This document shows positions 24,245 to 36,369 of a DNA stretch of 64,000 bases, piece by piece. Within the stretch, counting starts at the first letter, position 1, and each line of letters starts with the position of its first letter. A program made the position numbers and the translations under genes. This DNA comes from Squalus acanthias (taxonomy: Eukaryota), in contig CM059431.1 in assembly GCA_030390025.1 (NCBI GenBank), positions 157,668,001-157,732,000 on the forward strand. Reading direction: 5' to 3'. Under the pieces are notes generated by a model, which had not been told where the DNA came from, searched no databases, and saw nothing but the letters and a program-made list of their open reading frames with translations.

Positions 24245-24702
24245 AGAATCATAGAATCAAACAGCACAGTAGGAGGCCATTGGGCCCACCGGGCCTGTGC
24301 CGGCTCTTTGTAAGAGCTGTCCGATTATTCCCACTCCCCTGCTCTTTACCCATAGCCCTGCAATGCTTTTCATTTTAATTTCCTTTTTTAAAGTTAATAT
24401 TGAATCTGCTTTCACCGCCCTCTCAATCAGTGCACGCACACTCACCCAGATCGTAACAACTCGCTGAGTAAAGAACAATCTCCTCACACCACTTTACAAA
24501 TGATCTTAATCAGTGTCCTCTTGTTACCGATCCTCTTGTCAGTGGAAACAGTTTTACCCTCTCTGCTCTATCGCCCCACCACTCCTCCTCCCCCGGCCAC
24601 CATTTTGAACACCTCTATTAAATCTCCTAAACTTCTTCGCTCTAAGGAGAACAATCCCAGCTTCTACAGTCTCTCCACATAACTGAATTCCCTCATCCCT
24701 GG
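24245..24702 (-). mobile_element. CR1 3' end fragment
   Basis: FFTQRVV..W (24257-24487); agaatcatagaatc tail. Confidence 0.82.
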
Positions 24703-25256
24703 ACATGATGCAAACCGACGAAGTTTGGAAAATATTGCCGGTTAGGAGCGGGAAAATCGAAAGGATCCAAAAATTAAAATACCGTCGCGAGCTTTGTGAA
24801 TCTTTAGATCAGCTTCAGGAAAGGGAATCAGAGGAGAATGAAAGGCGAACTGCCCGATTTACCAGAGGCGTTCAAGACACCGTTCCCTGCTTTCAAATGC
24901 TGGGACATTTACTCTGATGTTATCTGATCTGAGCTACTTAAAGGATTCTCGTTACTGCAGATCAGAAATTCAATCCTAACATCGGGTACAGGACAATCAG
25001 AGTAATTCGTAACAAACAATGCGCCGAAAGGCTGGAAGGGAGACCGCACCGGTTGCAGGAGAGCTGGTTCGCGGTGACATGGGTGTGTCTACAGTGTGCG
25101 GGTCCAGACAGTCTCTGTGTGTTCACAATGATTGTCCCATTCTTTAATTTGGAAAAGTTAAACTGAAAGTGGGGAATTGCTATTCCGGTCGTAGCAATCT
25201 GAAACTTAACTCGCCGACACCCTGGTTTAGGGAATCTTGCAAACAAATGTCTAACC

Positions 25257-25326
25257 GTTGCTGTGGCGCAATCGGTTAGCGCGTTCGGCTATTAACCGCA
25301 AAGGTTGGTGGTTCTACCCAGAGACA
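25257..25326 (+). pseudogene. tRNA-Asn pseudogene (anticodon GTT changed to ATT, T-arm deletion)
   Basis: CTGTGGCGCAATCGGTTAGCGCGTTCGGCTATTAACCGCAAAGGTTGGTGGTTCTACCCAGAGAC; T-rich tract follows. Confidence 0.88.
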
Positions 25327-25814
25327 AAGGTTTACATTTTTTCCCCTTTATGATTCATTGCCGCACAGTTCCAGGGTGTCAATGAGTGCTTTGGCTGCAG
25401 GAAAATATTCTGCACACATTGCCAGCTGTGCTGTTATCCAATGAGTTCCACCCAAATACTTCTATGAAAATTCCTTTCCAATAAAATGATAAAAACCAGT
25501 CGATGGATCCTGTTCCTCCAACCAACCCATTGGAAATAGATTAATTGCTTGGGTTCAAACAAACTGATGGAAATTGTATTCTGTATCTCCATATATGGAA
25601 CTGGAACAGGCCATCGCACCGTGTGAGGCTACATTGAATGTGTGGCTATTGCACAGCTGGTCTTTGGGAAAACAGTCCAGGACACGCTGGGCCATTTTAA
25701 TGATCATTTACCCGCATCAATAACTTTATTTTTGTCAATGTAAAATGTTGTAAAACACTGCGGTCTGATAGCAGGCACATGGGAACATGTTGCATTATTT
25801 GTGTAGGCGTCATG

Positions 25815-25990
25815 CTCTGGAATTCCCTGCCTAAATCCCTCCACCTTTACCCCTCGGTCACCTCCCTACAGACCCTGATTAAAACCGAAACCTTTGACCA
25901 GTTTTGATCAATCCTCTTCCTCACTCTATATTTGGATTTTGCATCCAAGTTTTCGATGACATCTCTATGAAACGCTTTGGGACATCCCAT
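25815..25990 (+). mobile_element. Old L2 3' tail fragment
   Basis: ctctggaattccctgcctaaa..ttaaaacc..tttgacc..tgaaacgctttgggac, similar to the other L2 tails here. Confidence 0.6.
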
Positions 25991-26309
25991 AGAAGAGCGT
26001 GTTTCTGGGTGTGTGAGTGGAGGGGGGGAATTCATCATGCAGTCTGGTATTTTTAAACCGTCAGTTTAATGACTTAAAACGAAGAAGCAGATTTAAACAC
26101 CCGAGAGAAATAGCTAATGCCAATCAGCAGACACGGAAAGCGGAAATTTGTCAATCACGTGCACCCTTACTGAAATACATGCCCTTTAAAAAAACACAAC
26201 ACTCCCCTGGAGAGGACAGGGCCGGTTAATGCTGGTGGAAACTCAAATCACCTTTGACCCTCGGTGACACAAAAAAGGGAAACAACAAACAAACACAAGT
26301 AAATCCACA

Positions 26310-29300
26310 GTGCTATTCCTGGGTATCCCTGTCCAGCTGTGCTAGTCCCTGGGTATCCCTGTCCAGCTGAGATAATCCCTGGGTATCGCTGTCCAGCTGT
26401 GCTATTCCTGGGTCTCTCTGTCCAGCTGTGCTAATTCCTGCGTATCCCGGACCAGCTGTGTTAGTCCCTGCATATCTATGTCCAACTGTGTTGGTCCCTG
26501 CGTATTCCTCTCCAGCTGTGTTGGGCCAGGGGTATATCTGTCCATCTCTGCTAGTCCCTGGATTACCGTGTCCAGCTGTGCTAATCCCTGGGTATCTCTG
26601 TCCAGCTGTGTTTGTCCTTGGTTATCCCTGACCAGCTGTGCTAGTCCCTGGGTATCTCTCTCCAGCTGAGATAGTCCCTGGGTATCTCTCGCCAGCTGTG
26701 CTAGTCCCTAGGTATCTCTGTCCAGCTGTGCTAGTCCCTGGGTATCCCTGTCCAGCTGTGTTGGTCCTTGGGTATCCCTGACCGGATGTGCTGTCCCTGG
26801 GTATCTCTGTCCAGCTGTGTTAGTCCCTGGGATCTCTCTGCAGCTGTGCTATTCCCTGGGTATCTCTGTCCAGCTGTGCTAGTCCCATGGTATCTCTCTC
26901 CAGCTATGCTATTCCATGGGTATCTCTGTTCTGCTGTGCTAGTTCCTGGGTATCTCTGTCCAGCTGTGCTAGACCTTGGGTATCTCTGTCCAGCTGTGCT
27001 AGTACTTGGGTATCTCGCTCCAGCTGTGCTATTCCCTAGGTATCTCTGTCCAGCTGTGCTAGACCCTGGGTTTCTCTGTCCAGCTGTGCTAGTTCCTGGG
27101 TCTCTCGCTCCAGCTGTGCTATTCCCTGGGTATCGCTGTTCAGCTGTGCTATTCCCTGGGTATCTCTCTCCAGCTGTGCTAATCCCTGGGTATCCATGTC
27201 CAGCTGTGCTAGTTCCTGGGTATCCCTGTCAAGCTGTGCTAGTCCCTGGGTATCTCTCTCCAGTTGTGCTAATCCCTGGGTATCCATGTCCAGCTGTGCT
27301 AGTTCCTGGGTATCTCTGTCCAGCTGTGCTAATCCCTGGGTATCCCTGACTAGATGTGTTAGTCTCTGGGTATCTCTGTCCAGCTGTGCTAGCCCATGTT
27401 ATCGCTGTCCAGCTGTGCTAGTCCCTGGGTATCCCTGTCAGCTGTGCTAATCCCTGAGTATCCCTGACCAGATGTGTTAGTTCCTGGGTATCTCTGTCCA
27501 GCTGTGCTAGCCCATGTTATCGCTGTCCAGCTGTGCTAGTCCCTGGGTATCTCTGTCCAGCTGTGTTAGTCCCTGGGTATCTCTGTCTAGCTGTGCTAGT
27601 CCCTGGGTATCTCTGTCCAGCTGTGTTAGTCCCTGGGTATCTCTGTCCAGCTGTGCAATTCCCTGGGTATCTCTGTCTAGCTGTGCTAGTCCCTGGGTAT
27701 CTCTGTCCAGCTGTGCTAGTCCCTGGGTATCTCTGTCTAGCTGTGCTAGTCCCTGGGTATCTCTGTCTAGCTGTGTTAGTCCCTGGGTATCTCTGTCTAG
27801 CTGTGCTATTTCATTGTATCGCTATGCTAGTTCATGGTATCACTGTCCAGCTGTGCTAGTCCCTGGGTATCCCTGTCCAGCTGTGTTGGTCCTTGGGTAT
27901 CCCTGACCGGATGTGCTGTCCCTAGGTATCTCTGTCCAGCTGTGCTAGACCCTGGGTATCTCTGTCCAGCTGTGCTAGTTCCTGGGTCTCTCGCTCCAGC
28001 TGTGCTATTCCCTGGGTATCTCTGTCCAGCTGTGCTAGTCCCTGGATATCCCTGTCCAGCTGTGCTATTCCCTGGGTATCTCTGTCCAGCTGTGCTAATC
28101 CCTGGGTATCCATGTCCAGCTGTGCTAGTTCCTGGGTATCCCTGTCAAGCTGTGCTAGTCCCTGGGTATCTCTCTCCAGTTGTGCTAATCCCTGGGTATC
28201 CATATCCAGCTGTGCTAGTTCCTGGGTATCTCTGTCCAGCTGTGCTAATCCCTGGGTATCCCTGACTAGATGTGTTAGTCTCTGGGTATCTCTGTCCAGC
28301 TGTGCTAGCCCATGTTATCGCTGTCCAGCTGTGCTAGTCCCTGGGTATCCCTGTCAGCTGTGCTAATCCCTGAGTATCCCTGACCAGCTGTGTTAGTCCC
28401 TGGGTATCTCTGTCTAGCTGTGCTAGTCCCTGGGTATCTCTGTCCAGCTGTGTTAGTCCCTGGGTATCTCTGTCTAGCTGTGTTAGTCCCTGGATATCTC
28501 TGTCTAGCTGTGTTAGTCCCTGGGTATCTCTGTCTAGCTGTGTTAGTCCCTGGGTATCTCGCTCCAGCTGTGCTATTCCCTAGGTATCTCTGTCCTGCTG
28601 TGCTAGTCCCTGGGTATCTCCGTCCAGCTGTGCTAGTTCCTGGGTATCTCTGTCCTGCTGTGCTAGACCCTGGGTATCTCTGTCCAGCTGTGCTAGTTCC
28701 TGGGTATCTCGCTCCAGCTGTGCTATTCCCTGGGTATCTCCGTCCAGCTGTGCTAGTCCCTGGGTATCTCTGTCCAGCTGTGCTAGTCCCTGGGTATCCC
28801 TGTCCGGCTGTGCTAGTCCCTGGGTATCCCTGTCCGGCTGTGCTAGTCCCTGGGTATCTCTGTCCAGCTGTGCTAGTCCCTGGGTATCCCTGTCCGGCTG
28901 TGCTAGTCCCTGGGTATCTCTGTCCAGCTGTGCTAGTCCCTGGGTATCCCTGTCCGGCTGTGCTATTCCCTGGGTATCCCTGTCAAGCTGTGCTAGTCCC
29001 TGGGTATCTCTCTCCAGTTGTGCTAATCCCTGGGTATCCATGTCCAGCTGTGCTAGTTCCTGGGTATCTCTGTCCAGCTGTGCTAATCCCTGGGTATCCC
29101 TGACCAGATGTGTTAGTCCCTGGGTATCTCTGTCTAGCTGTGCTAGCCCATGTTATCGCTGCCCAGCTGTGCTAGTCCCTGGGTATCCCTGTCAGCTGTG
29201 CTAATCCCTGGGTATCCCTGACCAGATGTGTTAGTCCCTGGGTATCTCTGTCTAGCTGTGCTAGTTCATGGTATCTCTGTCCAGCTGTGTTAGTCCCTGG

Positions 29301-30705
29301 GTATCTCTGTCTAGCTGTGTTAGTCCCTGGGTATCTCTGTCTAGCTGTGTTAGTCCCTGGGTATCTCTGTCTAGCTGTGTTAGTCCCTGGGTATCGCTGT
29401 CCAGCTGTGTTAGTCCCTCGGTATCTCTGTCTAGCTGTGTTAGTCCCTTGGTATCTCTGTCCAGCTGTGCTAGTCCCTGGGTATCTCTGTCTAGCTGTGT
29501 TAGTCCCTGGGTATCTCTGTCTAGCTGTGTTAGTCCCTGGGTATCTCTGTCTAGCTGTGCTAGTCCCTGGGTATCTCTGTCCAGCTGTGTTAGTCCCTGG
29601 GTATCTCTGTCTAGCTGTGCTAGTTCATGGTTTCGCTGTCCAGCTGTGCCAAGCCCTTGGTATCGCTGTCCAGCTGTGCTAGTCACTGGGATGCCTGTCC
29701 AGCTGTGCTATTCCCTGGGTATCCCTGACCATCTGTGCCAGACCCGGCGTATCGCTTTCGAGCTGTGATAATCCATGGTATCCCTGCCCTGCTGTGCCAG
29801 GCCCTAGGTATCACTGTCCAGCTGTACCAGGCCCTGATTATCTCTGTCCAGCAGTACCAGGCCCTGATCTCGGTCCAGCTGCGCTAGTCCCTGGGTATCT
29901 CTGACCAGCTGTGTTCGTCCCTGGGTATCTCTGTCCAGCTGAGCTCGTCCCTGGGTATCTCTGTCCAGCTGAGCTAGTCCCTGGGTATCTCTGTCAAGCT
30001 CTGCTAGTCGCTGGGTATCCCTGACCAGCTGTGTTCGTCCCTGGGTATATCTGTCCGCTGAGCTAATCCCTGGGTATCTCTGTCCAGCTGTGCTATTCCC
30101 TGGGATTCCATGTCCAGCTGTGCTTGTCCCTGGGTATCCCTGTCCAAATGAGCTACTCCCAGGGTATCTCTGTCCAGCTGTGCCAGTCCCTAGGTATCCC
30201 TGCCCAGCTGACCTTTTCCCTGGGTTTCCCTGTCCAGCTGTGCTAGTCTCTGGGTATCTCTGCCCAGCGGTTCAAGTCCCTGGGTATCACAGTCCAACTG
30301 AGCGAGACCCTGAGTATCTCTGTCCAGCTATGCTAGACCCTGGGTATCCCAGACCAGATGTGCTAGGCCCTGGGTAACACTGTCCAGCTGTGCCAGTCCC
30401 CGGGTATCCTAAGTCCAGCTGTGTTAGACCCTGGGTATCTCAGTCCAGCTGTGCTAGTCCCTGAGTAACCCTGTCCAGCTGTGCCAGGCCCTGGGTATCC
30501 CTGTTCACCTGTGCCAGGCCCGAGGTATCACTGTCCAGCTGTGCTAGTCATGGGTAACTCTGTTCAGCTGTGCTAGTCCCTGGGTATCGCTATCCAATTG
30601 TGCCAGGCCCTGGGTATCACTGACCAGCTGTGCCTGTCCCGGGGTATCGTTTTCAAGCTGTGCTAGTCCCTGGTTATCGTTTTCTAGCTGTGCTAGTCCC
30701 TGGGT
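26310..30705 (+). repeat. 30-bp satellite (gtccagctgtgctagtccctgggtatctct), ~4.4 kb, roughly 145 units
   Basis: Direct periodicity; degenerate edges and a homogeneous core. Confidence 0.98.
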
Positions 30706-31416
30706 GCCTCTTTCTGTGCTGTATAACTCTATGTTTCTATGACTTCTTGTAATATTCACATTTACTGTTTGCCCAAAAAATTACTTGTCACATTCATTTC
30801 CTGTTACACCACAGACATCAAAGTTCTAGTGAATCCTTTCACTCGTTCCAAATGGCAGTGGTTCTGCTAGTTCTAATTACGTGAGAAAAGTTTATTCATT
30901 TTACAACTGTTTAGAAAGAGAGTTTATGTGATAGATTGTTAATATTGTTTCCAGATAATTAACACACGATAGAAATATCGGGCAATACAGGACCATTTAA
31001 AAGATAGGATCAATTGGAGGCCATTCAGTCCCTCAATTTAATTCGGCCGATAACTTCGGTGAGAACTGACATTTGATAAGGTGCCACACAAGAGTTTATT
31101 AAACACAATTAGGGCTCATTGGATTGGGGGTAATATATTAGCTTGGATTGAGGATTGGTTAATGGACAGAAAAGAGAGACTAGGAATAAACGTGTCATTT
31201 TCGGGTTGGCAGGCTCTAACTAGTGGGTTACCGCAACGATCAGTGCTTGGGCCTCAGCTATTCAGAATCTCCATCAACGATTTTGATGAGGGGACCAGAT
31301 GTAATATATGCAAGTTTGCTGAAGATATAAACCTGACTGGGAATGTAAACTGTGAGGAGGATGCAAGGAAGCTTCAAGGGGATATAGACCGGCTAAGTGA
31401 GAGGGCAAGAACAAGG

Positions 31417-32326
31417 TGGATCAGTAAATTTGCTGATGACACCAAGATTGGTGGAGTAGTGGATGAGGTGGAGGGCAGTTGTAGGCTGCAAAGAGACATT
31501 GATAGGATGCAGAGCTGGGCCGAAAAATGGCAGATGGAATTTAACCCTGATAAGTGCGAGGTGATTCATTTTGGTAGGGCAAATTTGAATAAGGATTACA
31601 GGGTCAACGGCAGGGTTCTGAGGAACGTGGAGGAGCAGAGGGATCTGGGGGTTCATATCCACAGATCTCTGAAGGTTGCCAATCAAGTGAATAGAGCAGT
31701 AAAGAAGGCCTATGGTGTGTTGGCGTTTATTAACAGAGGGTTTGAGTTTAAGAACCGTGAGGTTATGCTGCAACTGTACAGGACCTTGGTGAGACCACAT
31801 TTGGAATATTGTGTGCAGTTCTGGTCACCTCACTATAGGAAGGACGTAGAAGCATTGGAAAGAGTGCAAAGGAGATTTACCAGGATGCTGCCTGGTTTGG
31901 GGGGGAGGTCTTATGAGGAAAGATTGAGGGAGTTGGGGCTTTTCTCTTTAGAGCGGAGGAGGATGAGAGGCGACTTAATAGAGGTTTATAAGATGATGAG
32001 GGGGATAGATAGAGTGGATGTTCAGAGACTATTTCCTCGGGTAGAGGCAGCTGTTACAAGGGGGCATAACTATAAGGTGCATGGGGGGAGATATAGAAGG
32101 GATGTCCGAGGTAGATTCTTTACTCAGAGAGTGGTTGGGGTGTGGAATGGACTGCCTGCTGTAATAGTGGAGTCGGACACTTTAGGAACTTTCAAGCGGT
32201 TATTGGATAAGCACATGGAGCACACCAGAGTGATAGGGAGTGTGATAGCTTGATCTTGGTCTCGGACAATGCTCGGCACAACATCGAGGGCCGAAGGGCC
32301 TGTACTGTGCTGTACTGTTCTATGTT
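31417..32326 (+). mobile_element. Young 5'-truncated CR1 nested in CR1
   Basis: Open frame WISKFADDTKIGG...FKRLLDKHM to its stop; 3' stem-loop and ttctatgtt tail; aagg on both flanks; absent from the paralog. Confidence 0.92.
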
Positions 32327-32984
32327 AAGGCAAATGAAATATAATGTGGAGAAATGTGAAGTTATCCACTTTGGTAGGGAAATAGAAAAGCAGTGTATTT
32401 TGTAAATGGTGAGAGATTGGGAAATGTTGGTGTTCAGAGGGACCTGGGTGTCCCTGTACACGAATCACTGAAAGTTAACATGCAGGTACAGCAAGCAATT
32501 AGGAAAGCAAATGATATGTTGGCCTATATTACAAGAGGATTTGGGTATGAGTAGAGACGTTTTACGGCAATTATGCTGGGCCCTGGCGAGACCACACCTC
32601 AAATATTGTTACAGTTTTGGTCTCCTTATCTAAAGAAGGATATACTTGCCACAGAGGGAGTGCAACGAAGGTTCACCAGACTGGTTCCTGGGATGGGGGG
32701 ATTGTCCTATGAGGATAGATTGAGTAGACTAGGTCTATATTCTCTTGAGTTTAGAAGAATGAGAGGGGATCTCATTGAAACATACAAAATTCTTACAGGG
32801 CTTAAGGGGATAGATGCAGGGAAGATGTTTCCCCTGACTGGGGTGTCTAGAACCACGGATCACAGTCTCAGAATAAGGGGTCGGCAATTTAGCACTGAGA
32901 TTATGAAAGATTTCTTCACTAAGAAGCTAGTGAATCTTTGAAATTCTCTACCCCAGAGGGCCGTGGAGTTTCGTCGTTGAGTAT

Positions 32985-33376
32985 ATAGAAACTAGGAGCA
33001 GGAGTAGGCCATTCGGCCCGTCGAGCCTGCTCCACCATTCAATACGATCATGGCTGATCATCCAAATCCAGTACCCTGTCCCTGCTTTATCACACAGAAT
33101 CCCCATCGAACCTGCACCGACACATATCCCACCCTATCCCCGTAACGCCACATATTTAATCCCCCCCTAACACTAAGGGTCAATTTATCATAGCCAAATC
33201 AACCTAACCCGCACATTTTTGGACTGTGGGAGGAAACCGGAGCACCCGGAGGAAACCCACGCAGACACGGGGAGAATGTGCAAACTCCACACAGACAGTC
33301 ACCCGAGGCCAGATTCGAACCCGGGTCCCTGGCGCTGTGAGGCACCAGTGCTAACCACTATGCCACCGTGTTGCCC
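32985..33376 (-). mobile_element. HE1-like V-SINE with CR1(HER1)-type 3' tail
   Basis: Reverse strand: GGGCAACACGGTGGCATAGTGGTTAGCAC (A box), GGTTCGAATC (B box), V-domain ctgcgtgggtttcctccgggtgctccggtttcctcccaca, tail ggccgaatggcctactcctgctcct. Confidence 0.92.
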
Positions 33377-33387
33377 AAAGGAATTGA

Positions 33388-33482
33388 TGCTCTAGGCGAG
33401 GCTCGACACTCGCAACCTCGGCATTTCCCGAGCCTGTACTGTCATATAAGTACCGCGCGCTAACCGATTGCGCCACTAGAGC
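33388..33482 (-). tRNA. Intron-containing tRNA-Ile(UAU) copy (20-nt intron 33425-33444), probably retroposed
   Basis: GCTCTAGTGGCGCAATCGGTTAGCGCGCGGTACTTATA-tgacagtacaggctcgggaa-ATGCCGAGGTTGCGAGTGTCGAGCCTCGCCTAGAGCA; canonical 37/38 intron position; extra G in the T-loop. Confidence 0.93.
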
Positions 33483-33739
33483 CCCGCATTAAAGAGATAG
33501 ATCAATAGATATTTGATTATTATGGAATCAATGGATATGTATATATTGCGGGAAATTGGAGATGAGGTAGAAGATCAGCCGTGATCTCAATGAATGGCGG
33601 AGCAGGCTCGAAGTGCCAATTAGCCTACTCCTGCTCCTATTTCTTATTTTCTTATGTTCTCTACAGCAACACGCATCCGTAGGCACTTGTGTGTTTTAGC
33701 TAATGTTCATATGAAGTTTCTGTGATTGTGCTGTCAAAC

Positions 33740-34678
33740 ATTGAAATCTTTATTTTCGTTCATGGACAAATTCGTGTGCACCTTTGGAAGTGGATTAGTG
33801 AGTTGCAGTGAATGGTGGGACATAACGGTAATGGCAATGTTGATGAATGTGAAGGAATGGCTTGGGCATTGTAGGGATGCTTTGTGGAATTGATGTGGCC
33901 TGTCGCCAACCTGGCGCATCATGTGGCAGCCAGGTTGTGCAGCGTCAAGTGAAGTAAATCTGCCCATGGTGAGGCCTTCTCTGGTGTCCCGTCAGTAGTG
34001 TGGTCGGGTGTTGATGCTCTCTGTGCTGTGCAGCATCTATTGATTGCGGAGAAGTTTTGTGTTCTTGCTGGTGCTGCTGGTGCGCCTGGTGCTGCTGGTG
34101 CTGGGGCTGATCTTGTTGGGATTCTGAGGAACAAATTCAGATAGTTTCGATGCCACCGATGTGATGTAATTGTTGGTAGGTGAAGTTGAGATGACAGAAG
34201 CGACCTGTCAATGGTGAGAAAGGTTGTTCCAATGAAGTGACACTGGATAACACGTTTACTCAAAGACTTGCAACCTGCATAAAGCTCAATCTGACTTCCA
34301 AATGGAGTAAAGAACAGCTTCTGAGCGTTGAAAGTGAACAGCTATGAGATGGGATCTTTTATAGAACATTTCCAGCTGTCAAGTAATGAGATGCTTCCAT
34401 GGCCATTCAACTCGCCCTGCTTACCTGACGCGATCCCCGAGCAACGTGGACCCCGTGGGCGACCAGGTAAAATCTGAATGTGAGCTCAAAATTATTTTTA
34501 AGTGGCTCTTAACTAGATCATAAGGAACTAAATTGCCTCCCCCCGCCGCCGCGTGTCGGGTCTGTTCAGAGTTGAAAGACCCGACATCAGGGAGACTCCC
34601 GTGGCGGCGGGTTGATATGAAAAAGTCCCGTCGACCCGTCACAAAACGCGCCCGCTGACCCCCCAAAAAATTCCCCCT
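33740..34678 (-). mobile_element. Probable Harbinger-derived DNA transposon remnant (paralog ~37660-38558)
   Basis: End aaaattccccc resembles the MITE TIR class; the paralog encodes AAREARVGHTMARF, resembling HARBI1-type C-termini (recalled, not searched). Confidence 0.45.
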
Positions 34679-34882
34679 CAGTGTCTGGCCGGGGTATTCA
34701 GGATTCCGCCCGCCGAGTAGCTCCCAGGGCGACATGTACTGGTCCTTGGAGCACATGGAATTGATTGAAATTCACTGATCTCAGGTTACGCCTGGCGATT
34801 AGCGCCAGCTCCAGATGTGCGGGGGTTCGGGTGCTGCACAGCCAGGACCTCAGATCCAATTCTCGCCCATAATGACAATATT

Positions 34883-34960
34883 AGGGGTCCGGTAGCACAG
34901 TGGTTATGTTACTGTCCAAGTAATCCAGAGGCCTGGACTAAGGACCCGGAGACACGCGGT
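34883..34960 (+). mobile_element. tRNA-derived SINE head fragment (paralog 38768-38845)
   Basis: ggtagcacagtggttatgttactg..agtaatccagaggcc; A-box-like, truncated before the B box. Confidence 0.55.
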
Positions 34961-36369
34961 CTCTGTGGTCCCCTGATCCAGCTCCCTTCCTCGGCCCAAG
35001 GTTCTTGTTATTAAACTGAGAGCGGTGTTGCTCCCCATACTTTCTAGATTTACGTCCCTGCTCGTTCAACACAGTCACGTGATTATTGTGGGGATCTTAT
35101 TTTAACAGGAAATTTAAACAAGATGTTTCAGTTCTTTAAACAGGAACTGAAGTTTCATGAAATGACGTGTATATTCAAATGTTATAACATTCCGATGTGT
35201 AAATAAGGTGACTGTCAAATGTGTGCCATCGAATTCAGTATTTTGGCAGCAATTTAAATGGTCACTGTTAACAGTAACAGATTTAGATGGTTTATGACAA
35301 TTAGATTTTCAGAGGTGATGAGGTCTATTTCCAACAATGTCACTATTTTACTGATGTATTTCTGTAGATGCGGCGCTGCTTAATGTTCTGTACAGCTGAA
35401 ACTGACGGTGGATTTAGTAAACCCGTAGTGTCAGGTCTGGTGGTGTAATAAAATATTTATTGGAATCGCAGCTTCATGGTCAGAAAAACTGGCTGAATGT
35501 TCAGTGTTAATGGTCTTAACTAAACTCAGAACATGTGATGTTGGTTTTGTTACTTCCATATTCAGTTATTTTCGCTGAGTGATTTCCTCTGTTGCCAGGG
35601 TAACAAACTGTCAGCTCTCAGTACAAGAGGCCTTTTCTCCAATTCATATCCGAAAGACCGTCAAACATTCAATGTAAACTCCTGACTATTTACTCTTCAT
35701 TCCGGGAGTAGGGACGTTTCCTGGAATAATTTTAATTCAATGACCACAATTTTAACATGAGATTAAAAAGCTGTTGTGTTGGAGCAGTAGGTTATATGGA
35801 TACATAAAATTCGTCATGCTTCCTCTTGCCATGGTTTAATAATGCTTCTTATATTGATAAAGCCTGTTTCAACCACTTTCTGAAAAGTGAATATTGCTCC
35901 ATGTGTTCGCACATGTTCCAACATTTGCACATGTCCGCCTGCCTCTTCCTAAAAACTCATTGAAAATACATTCTAGTTCATCAGTTTGAGTTTAAGCAAT
36001 TCCATCGTGATTCACCAGTAATTTATTAATTCTTGTTTGTAAAACACACTTCTTGTAAGATTCTCATTTACTGTTGGCCTGTTATTACCTGTTATATTCA
36101 TTTGCTGTTACACCTCAGACATCAAAGTTCCAGTGAATCTTTTCACTCGTTCCAAATGGCAGACGGTCTGCTAGTTCTAATTACGGGAGAAACGTTTCTT
36201 CATCTTACAACTGTTCAGAGATAGTTAATATCTGATAGATTATTAATATTGGTTCCAGATAATTAACACATGATAGAAATATCGGACAATACAAGACCAT
36301 AGATAGATAGGAACAATTGGAGGCCATTCAGTCCCTCAATCCTGTTCCGCCAATAACTTAGGTGAGAAC

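Larger units (their letters stand above)
31070..33660 (+). mobile_element. CR1 3' segment with two nested insertions (31417-32326 and 32985-33487)
   Basis: Runs from DKVPH to the 3' tail ttcttatgttct; uninterrupted paralog at 36370-37550. Confidence 0.9.

Noticed and set aside
24705..24917. Charged coiled-coil-like ORF (TRIM-like?)
   Set aside because: It is short, has no recognisable domain or clear splice sites, and begins at a CR1 boundary.
25257..25326. Functional tRNA-Asn with a rare ATT anticodon
   Set aside because: The T-arm deletion and broken acceptor stem indicate a pseudogene.
26428..30759. Long repetitive ORFs (VLVPGYLCPA, TQGLAQLDRD)
   Set aside because: They are by-products of a 30-bp unit lacking stops in several frames; frequent 1-bp indels break the frames.
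31081..32253. 390-aa ORF with a duplicated FADD motif as a novel RT
   Set aside because: It is an in-frame nesting of a young CR1 inside an older CR1; the paralog lacks the insert.
35591..35604. RFX X-box-like GTTGCCAGGGTAAC
   Set aside because: It is an isolated short motif and is degenerate in the paralogous copy near 39468.
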